A stretch of DNA of 64,000 nucleotides from Candidatus Melainabacteria bacterium 17Bon1m (GTDB lineage: Bacteria; Cyanobacteriota; Vampirovibrionia; Obscuribacterales; Obscuribacteraceae): positions 256,001 to 320,000 of the forward strand of contig JAVLKG010000006.1 in NCBI GenBank assembly GCA_032128875.1, in the 5' to 3' direction. Positions 18,986 to 27,951 of the stretch are shown one piece after another. Both the position numbers and the translations under genes were made by a program. Every line of letters starts with the position of its first letter. The first letter of the stretch is position 1. The notes below the pieces were generated by a model that was given only the letters and a program-made list of their open reading frames with translations, made no database searches and was not told the DNA's origin.

Positions 18986-19768
18986 CTATTCCATCTTCAG
19001 TAGCTGATGCACGAGAGCTGCTTCTTCGACTTCTTTGGCTAAAAGATTTACGTTATCGTTGTTTTTACCGAAGTCAATGATTGTGAAAAGCGGTTTGCTA
19101 TAAATGCTCACCGTGCAAGAATTCTCAGTCAACGGATCCACCTTTATTCCAACCAGCTCCCCTGGGCTGCGTGCAGTAGCCGCACTTATTGCGCTGACTG
19201 TACCGTCTTCTCTGTCCAACGATTCGAGAGTCCAGCCCTTTTTGGCGCCGATGGCTGAAATACTCAATTCAATTCCCTCTTTGAGGGGGACGGGGATTTC
19301 AACTTTTCGCATTTTATAGAGCTTCGTGTGTTTGAGTGCCGCTTCTCTAGCCATTGATGTTGTCGCAACTTTCAAAAGAAGGAACATATAAACAGCGCAA
19401 AACAGCGTAAGTGCGACGGCGAACAAACCGCCCATTTGGAGACAAGTCCAGACTGTGATGAATTCACCACCCAAACTAATCACAACGCTAGCCATAAGAA
19501 TGGACATCAGCAACCCAGCGGAAAGTCCGCCGATGACTCCGGTATGCAGGCTGAATATGAGCATGTTTTTCGTGCTTGCGCGCGTTTGAGCACGCTTTAT
19601 TTTTAACGTCTGAAGCGTATTACTCAATTCTTCTTGTTCAAATTCCGATAATGCACCAATAATTCTGGTGATTCTAGAAACTCGGCTTTCCATAACAGCC
19701 GGAAGAGCCTTTTCTCCATCGACGTTAGTTTCATTGTTCGCGTTTACGCTATTAACTGATTCTGTCAT
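18986..19768 (-). CDS. Hypothetical membrane protein (two TM helices plus C-terminal alpha/beta domain)
   Basis: 260-aa ORF; hydrophobic segments; C-terminal IIDFGKNNDNV. Confidence 0.7.
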   Translation of the reverse strand: MTESVNSVNANNETNVDGEKALPAVMESRVSRITRIIGALSEFEQEELSNTLQTLKIKRAQTRASTKNMLIFSLHTGVIGGLSAGLLMSILMASVVISLGGEFITVWTCLQMGGLFAVALTLFCAVYMFLLLKVATTSMAREAALKHTKLYKMRKVEIPVPLKEGIELSISAIGAKKGWTLESLDREDGTVSAISAATARSPGELVGIKVDPLTENSCTVSIYSKPLFTIIDFGKNNDNVNLLAKEVEEAALVHQLLKME

Positions 19769-20092
19769 TTTTGTTGGTCAGGGAAAACATCAAAAACTGC
19801 ATGCCCAATATCGAGTGTAGCTGAATTGCTTGGATGAAAGGCTCTCGCTAATAAAACCATAGCTAATGAAAAGACCGAGCTGTGCGACTCGGTCTTTTGC
19901 TGGGGGTCCGATAGGTTGTGAAGCACCTATCCTGAAACCTGTTTGTACTTTTGCTTTGACTATTGCTCTTTTCTTGGTCCTTTGATTCTTTCGCTCCTTC
20001 AGCATTGTGTGGTGTGATTGAGCATTCAATTTTGCTGAGTAATCGCGCCTCGGCAGGCGGTATAGCTTTGGCGCGATTATCAGCGTGGTGGG

Positions 20093-21982
20093 CTACCTTT
20101 GCATTATGCGAGCAATAATGTTTGGTTTTTTGCCTTCGGCTACTGCTCTTTCGAGCTTGGTCGCACGCATCTCAAGTCGGGCAGTGACTTTGTGCAAGCG
20201 TTCCAATTCTTTTGGTGGCAACCCTGGAGTCAGGCTTTCATATGCTTTGTATTGCATGACTGATTCTCGGAGTGCTTTCGAGTCTTGTTGGAAGAACCGT
20301 TCTAGCGTCTCTGCCAATCCCAGTCGAGCTTGAGCATTGCGTGGGTCGTTGAAGATTGCCGTGTGGTATTTGTCCACAGCGCTGTTGAATTGCTTTCTGC
20401 GCGCAAGGTCATTGGCAAGATTCAAATCTTGTTTTGTGACTTCGCGAGCTTTAGCAACCAAATGCAATCCACGCTTCGAACTCTCCTGTCCGCCAGGCAT
20501 TGCCGCCAGCTTTTTGAATGCCAGCTCTGCATTGCTCAGGTCTTTGATCATCAGAGTTAAATCTCCGAGCGCGGCTAAGCTTTTCGCCGAGTTTGCATTT
20601 GCCACCAGCGTATTGAATTGTTCGGTGGCTTCTGCAAATTTGTTTTGTGCAAGCAATGCTTCGGCATATGCGACCCGCTCGCCGTCGTTTTTCGGTGTGC
20701 CGATGATGGAGAGATCGACAGGTTTTCCGGAAAGCGAGCGCAATTTCGCATCAGCCAAGCGCAGTTGCAGATTGTTCGGATTCATTTGAATCGCACGAGC
20801 AATAGAAGCTTCTGCCGCTTCGTAATCGTTGTCGGCGATGAATGCGCCGGTGGTTTCTTTCTGCGCTCTCAAATAAAGTGCGCGGGTCAAACCCTCAACA
20901 GCCGCTACATTGCCGGGCTGTGTTTGCAGAACAGCTTCGTAGTCCTTGATGGCATCAGCAATTTTTTCCAAGCGCAAGCTGTTGTTCGCAATGCGCTGCA
21001 AAAGTTCTGTATTGTTGGGCATCAAGTCGAGTCCGGATCTCAGCTCTGCAATGGCGTGCTCAACATCGCCACGATTCTCGCGAATCTCTGCGATTTTGAT
21101 GTAAGCCGACGCGCTTTCAGGCTTGATTCTGATGGTTTCTTGGAATTCTTTGATCGCAGCGACCATATTGCCCTGGCTTTGATAGGCTTTACCCAATTCA
21201 AAGTGGACAGGCGCGCTATTTCTAAATTGATAGAGCGAAGTATTCAATTCTTTGATTGCTTCGTCTGCCATTCCTTGTTGCAAGAAAGCGCGACCCAAAC
21301 CGTAGTGTGCGGTCGAATTGCCGGTATTGAGGGCGGTGGCTTGTTTGAAGCTGGTCATAGCTTCTGCAGTGCGTCCACCGTCGAGTTGGACCATTCCCAG
21401 ACCTGCATATGCGTCTGAGTAAGTCTTGTCGGCACGAATAGCATTCTGGAATGATTGTTCTGCTTGATCGAGTCGACCTTCTTCTTTGAAAACACGACCG
21501 AGCATGCAGTGTGCTTCAGGAAGGTTAGGGTCAGTAGCTAGTGCCATGTTGCATTCGGCGCCTGCTTGTTTGATGAGCGCATCTCTGTTCTTGCGCGTGG
21601 TGCCTGATGAAGATTGCAGTCTGTTCAAAAGAACTTGTGCCTTCCCGCAGTGTGCCATCGCGTTTTGCGCATCTGCTTTTAAGACTTTGTCAAACTCTTC
21701 GTCGGCGCGGTCCAGCTTAAAGCTCTTAGCGTATGCGTATGCCAGTCCGTTGCGCACATTTACATCTTTGGGCTGCTTGTTCAAAGCCGTTCTATATAGT
21801 TCTTCTGCTTCATTGAATTTGCCCTTGCGAATCAAGTCGTCCGCCATAAGCTGTTCTTGGCTGATTCTCGCCTTTAATGTCTTCTTTGCGTTGCGAGCAT
21901 CTGCGTCGCATTGAGCACTTAGAGAGCCGCACAGAAAGAGCGAACCTGCAACCAACAATATGGATTTTTTCTTCAAGTCCAT
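20093..21982 (-). CDS. Exported multi-TPR protein
   Basis: Signal peptide; more than ten TPR-like repeats (e.g. AHYGLGRAFLQQG, VHFELGKAYQSQG). Confidence 0.9.
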   Translation of the reverse strand: MDLKKKSILLVAGSLFLCGSLSAQCDADARNAKKTLKARISQEQLMADDLIRKGKFNEAEELYRTALNKQPKDVNVRNGLAYAYAKSFKLDRADEEFDKVLKADAQNAMAHCGKAQVLLNRLQSSSGTTRKNRDALIKQAGAECNMALATDPNLPEAHCMLGRVFKEEGRLDQAEQSFQNAIRADKTYSDAYAGLGMVQLDGGRTAEAMTSFKQATALNTGNSTAHYGLGRAFLQQGMADEAIKELNTSLYQFRNSAPVHFELGKAYQSQGNMVAAIKEFQETIRIKPESASAYIKIAEIRENRGDVEHAIAELRSGLDLMPNNTELLQRIANNSLRLEKIADAIKDYEAVLQTQPGNVAAVEGLTRALYLRAQKETTGAFIADNDYEAAEASIARAIQMNPNNLQLRLADAKLRSLSGKPVDLSIIGTPKNDGERVAYAEALLAQNKFAEATEQFNTLVANANSAKSLAALGDLTLMIKDLSNAELAFKKLAAMPGGQESSKRGLHLVAKAREVTKQDLNLANDLARRKQFNSAVDKYHTAIFNDPRNAQARLGLAETLERFFQQDSKALRESVMQYKAYESLTPGLPPKELERLHKVTARLEMRATKLERAVAEGKKPNIIARIMQR

Positions 21983-22394
21983 AACAAAATATCCCCTTCA
22001 ACGTTTTCCGAAACGCCACCATAAACCGGGTTTTAAGTCGAAACAAGTTCGGATACCGAATAAGAAGACATAAGTTTGACTATATGGTGAAAATGGGAAC
22101 CTCCGCACTGGTAGAGGCTTTCGATTGGTTTCAAAGTGATCATAAGTTTGTGGAAAAACTTACAAATGTGCGTCGAATAAAAGTGAACTGCTTCTGATAA
22201 AGCGCATGTTTAGCTCGTTTTGGCTACCTCAATTTCGGTACCGAGTGATGAGTTCACGCAAAAGTGTCACCGCATTTAGTAGCTAGTGTCTCGGGGAAGT
22301 CCATTAGGGCTTTCAATTTTGTTAGGCTTTCCAAGAGCCAGGAAAATCTAACAACTTTTCACCTTCCTTATTAGTGGCGGGCAGCTGCACCCTA

Positions 22395-22425
22395 TGTTAT
22401 TCTATTAATTGACCGAACGTTCGGT
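22395..22425 (+). promoter_or_regulatory. Extended -10 element followed by a palindromic TetR-type operator
   Basis: TG-T-TATTCT at 22395-22403; perfect palindrome ACCGAACGTTCGGT at 22412-22425, upstream of the diiron-TetR genes. Confidence 0.7.
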
Positions 22426-22454
22426 AAATGAAATTGAGCCCTGTCAATTAGGGG

Positions 22455-23606
22455 GTGGCTATGTCAGTGGAGAAGAAAATGCCCAAGACCGCTATGCCTG
22501 TTAAGGAAACCGCCGGCAAGGATGAAACGACCGACAAGGCGCTAGAAGCCAAAATGGTCAACCCACCCACCCATCACGATCGGATGCCAAATCCGGAAGA
22601 GCTTCTGCTCAACTGTGAAGACGCTCCCAAAATCACCGACAGGCTGAACATCTTCCCCTTCGACTGGCGCGTCGAGACTCCTCGTCTCATGGAAATTTAT
22701 GAAAGCTCCCGCGATCCGGGTTGGTCCCCAAGCAAATTGCCGTGGGACACACTCGATGTCGAAAGCATGACTCTCGACCAGCGTTATGCAATTGCTTACT
22801 GGTGGTCGCTGCTTTCTGTATTTGATGCTTCTGGACCGGCTGTTTTTGCCCGAGCCATGATTCACGCTTACGAAACCCACGAAGAAGATTCCATCCGTAA
22901 GTGCTTCTTCTCCGTCACTCGCGACGAGTTGCATCACGAAGAAGTTTGCGGCAAAGCTATCACCTTACTGACGCCCAATGGTCCGCTCGGGTACGAGCCT
23001 GAGACAGAACTCGGTCGATTGGCTCGCAACAATGTTGAATGGCTCTATCACAATGGTGCACGTTATTGGTCTGGCTACAAGAAAGCCGTAGAGCACTATC
23101 CAATGCCCATCCTTTTCAGCTCTTTCCTTTTCGGAGAAGTTGCTTCATCCACGCTCTTCCACAGCATGTACGAAAGCACTGACATTCCTGTCTTCAAAGA
23201 AGCATTCAAGAACATTGGTCGCGACGAAGGCAGACACCTCAGCTTCTGCCTGGCTTTGTTGAAAGAAGTGCTGCCGAAAATGTCTGAAGAAGATAAGGAA
23301 ACTGTCACCAAGCAGTTCCGCGCCGGTTTTATCTTCTTGTCCGGTATTCTCTTCGAGCCACCAGGCGAGTTCTGGCAATTGCCGGATACCTTCATTCCAG
23401 CGCAGCGTCTGCTTGAAGAAAAGGCGCGCGAAGCTGGATTTGGCATTCTTTCTCTGGAAAAACGCAAAGAGAATTGGAGAACAGCGGTTGTGCGCTTGAA
23501 GACCATCGTTGAGCCGTACGGCGTCAAATTCCCGGCGCTTCCGGAAATTGACGTGGATGGCGAAACAGTGGCGTTCGACGCGGACAAAATTATCCCTATC
23601 TTCTAA
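22455..23606 (+). CDS. Ferritin-like diiron-carboxylate protein (AurF/desaturase/R2-like superfamily); start may be 22461 or 22479
   Basis: Two RDExxH motifs (TRDELHH and GRDEGRH) with an intervening GEVAS helix. Confidence 0.75.
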   Translation: MAMSVEKKMPKTAMPVKETAGKDETTDKALEAKMVNPPTHHDRMPNPEELLLNCEDAPKITDRLNIFPFDWRVETPRLMEIYESSRDPGWSPSKLPWDTLDVESMTLDQRYAIAYWWSLLSVFDASGPAVFARAMIHAYETHEEDSIRKCFFSVTRDELHHEEVCGKAITLLTPNGPLGYEPETELGRLARNNVEWLYHNGARYWSGYKKAVEHYPMPILFSSFLFGEVASSTLFHSMYESTDIPVFKEAFKNIGRDEGRHLSFCLALLKEVLPKMSEEDKETVTKQFRAGFIFLSGILFEPPGEFWQLPDTFIPAQRLLEEKAREAGFGILSLEKRKENWRTAVVRLKTIVEPYGVKFPALPEIDVDGETVAFDADKIIPIF

Positions 23607-23669
23607 ACGCGACCTTCAAATCCCTCTACGATTGGCAACATTCGTTGTTTAATCCACTAATATAGAGCG

Positions 23670-24257
23670 ATGGTCAGACCTCGCGCCGAAAATTACCTGG
23701 AGCGTCAGCAAGGCATTCTCGATGCCGCCGCTGCCATGTTTGCAAAGCATGGCTTTAATGGCACGTCTATTGCTGCTTTGGCCGACTCTTGTGGCGTGTC
23801 AAAAGCACTTCTTTATCATTACTATGATTCAAAAGAAGCGCTTCTCTACGACATGCTGCTCGTCCATTGCAAGTTGCTGTCCGAAACCGCCAGCAATGCC
23901 ACTAAAGAGTCAACCAATCCGGAAGAGCAGTTGCGCAGTTTGGTGCGAGCTTTGATGGAACTTTATATGAGTTCGCGCGACAAGCACGTTGTTTTGTTGA
24001 ACGATTTGCACTGTTTGCCAGAAGCTCAGCAAACCGAAATCAAAGAAGAAGAACGCAAGGTTTTGCAGGAGATCAAAGAGCTCATTACGAAGCTTCGTCC
24101 GGACCTTAAGCCACCACAGGTGACATCACTCACAATGTATTTAATGGGTGCTGTTAACTGGACTTACACTTGGTTTAAGCCGCAAGGGCAAGTGACTGCT
24201 GAAGAGTACGCAGATTTAGCAACAAACACTTTCCTCAAAGGTGTTCTGCAAGACTAG
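23670..24257 (+). CDS. TetR/AcrR family regulator (PaaR/KstR2-like)
   Basis: ILDAAAAMFAKHGFNGTSIAALADSCGVSKALLYHYYDSKE; C-terminal GAVNWTYTWFKPQG. Confidence 0.93.
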   Translation: MVRPRAENYLERQQGILDAAAAMFAKHGFNGTSIAALADSCGVSKALLYHYYDSKEALLYDMLLVHCKLLSETASNATKESTNPEEQLRSLVRALMELYMSSRDKHVVLLNDLHCLPEAQQTEIKEEERKVLQEIKELITKLRPDLKPPQVTSLTMYLMGAVNWTYTWFKPQGQVTAEEYADLATNTFLKGVLQD

Positions 24258-24287
24258 CGTGTTTTGCAGGGCTAACGTGTTTGTAGC

Positions 24288-24632
24288 TCACGATCTCGAA
24301 GCGCCTCCTTCGTTTGTTTTTGTCTTTGCTTCTCTTCGAGAATACTTCCCAGGAGTCTCGGCAACAGTGCTCGATTTAAATTGTTGCAGGTCGGCGTGCG
24401 CCTGTCTGAAGAGTACTTGCTTTATATACTGCTGATAGGAAATACCCATTAGCTCCGCGACTTCCTTTATCAATGTCAGCTGAGCTGTCCCCCATCGAAA
24501 GTTGATGCGGCACTCGTCATCAGCGATTTCGGTTTGCCGAATAACCTTTTGATGTAGATCTTTAGGCAAAGTGACGTCGCCCACATTTTTTACTTTGCCG
24601 CGATCAAATTTGCCTCGAGCTTGCCGTTTCAT
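24288..24632 (-). CDS. CopG/BrnA-like ribbon-helix-helix antitoxin-type protein
   Basis: RINFRW..LIKEVAELMGISYQQYIKQVL resembles the CopG-antitoxin pattern. Confidence 0.6.
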   Translation of the reverse strand: MKRQARGKFDRGKVKNVGDVTLPKDLHQKVIRQTEIADDECRINFRWGTAQLTLIKEVAELMGISYQQYIKQVLFRQAHADLQQFKSSTVAETPGKYSRREAKTKTNEGGASRS

Positions 24633-24742
24633 CCCAGCCCCTTAGATCGACACTTCATCCGATTCTTCAGTATCGTTGCCCACCATTTTGAGTATATCAT
24701 GAGAGTGGCGATTGTATGGCAATTTGCCACCGGGAGTACAGG

Positions 24743-25240
24743 CTATCCGATGCCGCATTTGCTGCATATGATCGCGCTATTGATATAGATTGCCGTCTCG
24801 CCGATGTCCACAGCTTTTCGGCATTTTCGGCATACGCTGAGATATCGAGCTATAAATACGCTTCCTTCTTTTCCTTGCCGGAAAAATTTGAGTGCGTTTT
24901 TGTCTTTCTTCGCAGTATTTTTCAACTGTTTTGTGAGGGCGACAATTTCAGCTTCTGCTTTGGCACTACGTTCCGGTAAGCGCTGCAGATTTTTGATGCG
25001 ATCGATAATCGCTTGCGTTTCATCAACGTCGGCAACTTTGGTGACGCCTTTTGCAGCTTCTGCTTTTGTAGTGCGGCCGCAGGTGTAGCACTCCACCTTC
25101 TTTGTCAAAGGGTCATACCAAATTCGATCTCCCTTTTGAATGCGTTTTGAGCATTTGCAGTTGCCCACGTACAGAGACTCCATAAGGCGCGGTGTCGGAG
25201 CTATATCAGAAGGACCAGATCGAGAAAATTTGCTCACCAT
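24743..25240 (-). CDS. Hypothetical protein with two Cys-rich zinc-finger-like modules
   Basis: YVGNCKCSKRIQKGDRIWY..CYTCG and YLSVCRKCRKAVDIGETAIY..CSKCG; likely start MVSKF at 25240. Confidence 0.65.
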   Translation of the reverse strand: MVSKFSRSGPSDIAPTPRLMESLYVGNCKCSKRIQKGDRIWYDPLTKKVECYTCGRTTKAEAAKGVTKVADVDETQAIIDRIKNLQRLPERSAKAEAEIVALTKQLKNTAKKDKNALKFFRQGKEGSVFIARYLSVCRKCRKAVDIGETAIYINSAIICSKCGIG

Positions 25241-25497
25241 ATTGAACCTCACAGTGGGACAATGTGGCACCATATATGGTGCTATTCGTTCACAGGGACG
25301 GGGTGAGATAAGTGTCGGGATAGTTTAAAAACATCCGTACAAGGCGAACTCGCGAGGATGAGCCCGCGTACGGATTTTTAGCTTTGCTGAGGTGCAGCAA
25401 CTGCTTGTTTTGAAGGGCGATGCTGCAGCACCGCCCTGATGGCTTCCGGAAATAGAGTATTAGTTTTCGACTGCGATTTGAATGTGCAATTCGACAG

Positions 25498-25541
<44 letters not shown>

Positions 25542-25562
25542 GCCTTCTGAATTTACGAAGGT

Positions 25563-26219
25563 CTACTTGCGCGCGATTGCCTTCCAAAGCGGCTCTTTTG
25601 CAATGATCTGCAAAGCTTGTCCTAGCAATGTTTTTCCCGGCTCCATTCGATGCCATGTAGAGGCGCCGGAGGGATGCGGCAGTGGAATGATGTCGAACTC
25701 TTGATCGAATGCTACTTGGCGATGCTTGGTTCCGATAATGCTGGCAAGTTGCGTTTTGCCAAAAAATTGTTCGATAGCCAGTTTTCCGACAGGGATGACC
25801 AGCTCTGGCTGCAGCAGGTCGAATTCTTTGCGCATCCACTCGCTGCAGTTTTTAATTTCCACGTCGTTGGGCACGCGGTCTCCGCCGGTTTTGGCTTTTC
25901 CCGGGAAACATCGGCAAACGGCTGACATATATACGTTCTGCCTGAAGGTCTCTTCGTCGACCCCTATGGAATCGAACCACTTAAAAAGCGTCTTGCCGGC
26001 TGTCCAGGCAAACGGGCGCCCCATCTCGCCTTCGCGCGGTCCTGGCGCTTGCCCTACCAGATATATTTTGCTGATAATCGGTCTGTGGGTGACTACTGGC
26101 CCAATCATGAGCGGGCAGGCTGTGCAGCCTTTCAGTTCTTCAATGTGTCGTGAGATGAGGGTTTTCGAGTCTTTTGCTACTGGCATCGTTGGCAGATAAT
26201 CCGAAACGGGCGTAACCAC
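25563..26219 (-). CDS. Uracil-DNA glycosylase family protein
   Basis: CTAC, VGQAPG, AVCRCFPG, LPHPSGAS motifs. Confidence 0.88.
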   Translation of the reverse strand: MVTPVSDYLPTMPVAKDSKTLISRHIEELKGCTACPLMIGPVVTHRPIISKIYLVGQAPGPREGEMGRPFAWTAGKTLFKWFDSIGVDEETFRQNVYMSAVCRCFPGKAKTGGDRVPNDVEIKNCSEWMRKEFDLLQPELVIPVGKLAIEQFFGKTQLASIIGTKHRQVAFDQEFDIIPLPHPSGASTWHRMEPGKTLLGQALQIIAKEPLWKAIARK

Positions 26220-27004
26220 TGAATCGCACGCCTTTCAACGCTAAGTCTATTCTATTGGCGCTCAATCTACATATAGATGGAAATCAGAATCGCAGCAAAT
26301 ACGTTGTAAATTAGCTTCTACTGCGTGTTTTCGTAGGAGTGTTTTCGGACTGGCGCGCTTTTTTGAGTGATATTTTTCAACGAATCCACTACTAACGTGC
26401 ATAGTGAAGAAGGTGATGCTGAGCGAATCTCCGCAGTAGCGCCTTACCTGAATCCTGATTTATATACAAACAATCTACAATCGGCTTTGATTTTCTCGAT
26501 AAGTCCGCCATGGCTTCAAAACCCGCATCAGGACTGGGTTTTATTTCATCTATACAATCCGAAACGGAGACTTGAATTGATTAAATGGTGGGGGTTTTGA
26601 TTAAACATGCTTCTCTACCTCGTTATGTAGTTGGTTTGAAGATGCGCTAGGAATCAGCCTTTCGAGACGCGATATATCGAGCCGTTATTCGGAATAGATG
26701 TGTTGGACTGTATTGCATTAATTGTGAGAGCGGGCTTATCATAAACACAACAGAAACCGCTTTGTATCCGCACTCGTTGCACTGTTTGGTCGACCGTTCT
26801 GGACGATCTAAAAAAGGGTCCTCGCAAACAGGCTAACGAAGGCAAAGTTGATAAGACTCTCTCGGGTCTTGATCGACGGGCGGTCCGCATCTTAAACAAA
26901 CACGGAACAATCGAATCAACGTTTAGTTCCACCGGTGTGGTGGCACGGGCGGTGCTCGCGTCCTCACGCCGAATTGCTGGAAATTCCAGCGAAGGAGGCA
27001 TTCA

Positions 27005-27349
27005 ATGAATAATATCGCTGATGTAGTTGTTAAGGCTGAAATGCTTGAAGAACGCGGCGAGTATCGTAAAGCTGAGCGCATGTACAAAAAGGCGCTCGTT
27101 ATGCAAGAAAAGGCTGTAGGCGAAGATCATCCTGAATTGGCTGATTACCTCTATAACCTCGGCATGATTCAATGCGCTCTAGACAAGAACACCGACGCCG
27201 AACGAGTCCTCAACCGTCTTTTGACACTGTTGCAGGATGACGCTGCCGAGCGCGATTACGATGCTCAGGAGATTGTTCTTCTTCTCGATTCCATTCGCAA
27301 TGGCAACGAAGAAGACGAAATCCAAGAATTGCAAGCCGCAACAGCGTAG
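27005..27349 (+). CDS. Small TPR protein
   Basis: GGAGG RBS; GEYRKAERMYKKALVMQEKAVGEDHPELADYLYNLG. Confidence 0.85.
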   Translation: MNNIADVVVKAEMLEERGEYRKAERMYKKALVMQEKAVGEDHPELADYLYNLGMIQCALDKNTDAERVLNRLLTLLQDDAAERDYDAQEIVLLLDSIRNGNEEDEIQELQAATA

Positions 27350-27361
27350 AACACGTGCGCC

Positions 27362-27386
27362 GGGCGATGCATGGCATCGCCCCTGC
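27362..27386 (-). repeat. REP-like palindrome
   Basis: Minus strand GCAG-GGGCGATGC-CAT-GCATCGCCC. Confidence 0.55.
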
Positions 27387-27951
27387 CGGGACCGCATACG
27401 CGTTTTCAGCAGAAAAGCAAACTGTTCGAAGAGTGTGCTGTTTTACGAATGTACAGATCAAGAAAGTACTGATGAATAACGTACTGTTCTAGTGTCGTAC
27501 TGTTCCAAAAACTTGCAAACCTAGAACAACTTGTTTCTTAGTGCGTTGCTCTCAAGGCGTTGTTTAAGAACGACGCTGGCGACAAAAGACAAATGTGTTT
27601 CAGGAACTTAGTCCCCTGTTCCGTCGAACACTGTTATCAAATCCGAGTGGAAGTCCTCGTGCATTTGCGCGTTTAAGTACGCGTGGAAGCTCAAGGAAGT
27701 ACACAGAAGTGAATTGAGCCACTGTTTCAAGTGTTGGCGCTGAACCTTTCAGCTCACTTGAATCGAGTGAAACTTTTCAGTCCCAAATCATCTTTGTCGG
27801 CACTGAGCGTGTTCTCCGAGTCGGCAAGAGGAATAATGGCGCGTTTGCTTGACATGCCGTTGTCTGGCAATCCTGCCGGAATAACCCCCGTGACCCAAGG
27901 AATTTAGTACTCTATGGCTCTGAAACACCGTTCTTTCCAGGAGAGAGGAAA

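Noticed and set aside
19790-20029. 79-aa minus-strand ORF between the TPR and membrane genes
   Set aside because: No recognisable motif or clear RBS; it could be real but is unsupported
26838-26900. c-di-GMP-I riboswitch (GGCAAA followed by a hairpin)
   Set aside because: Lacks the GNRA tetraloop and the downstream GACGCAAAG element
27640-27780. RNase P RNA or tmRNA
   Set aside because: GAGTGGAAGTCC only loosely resembles the RNase P GAGGAAAGTCC motif, the other conserved regions are absent, and there are no tRNA-like tmRNA ends
27780-27951. ZMP/ZTP or THF riboswitch upstream of fhs
   Set aside because: I could not find the ZTP riboswitch hallmarks (GACTGGCG..CGCCTGGGC) or a THF-riboswitch-like core
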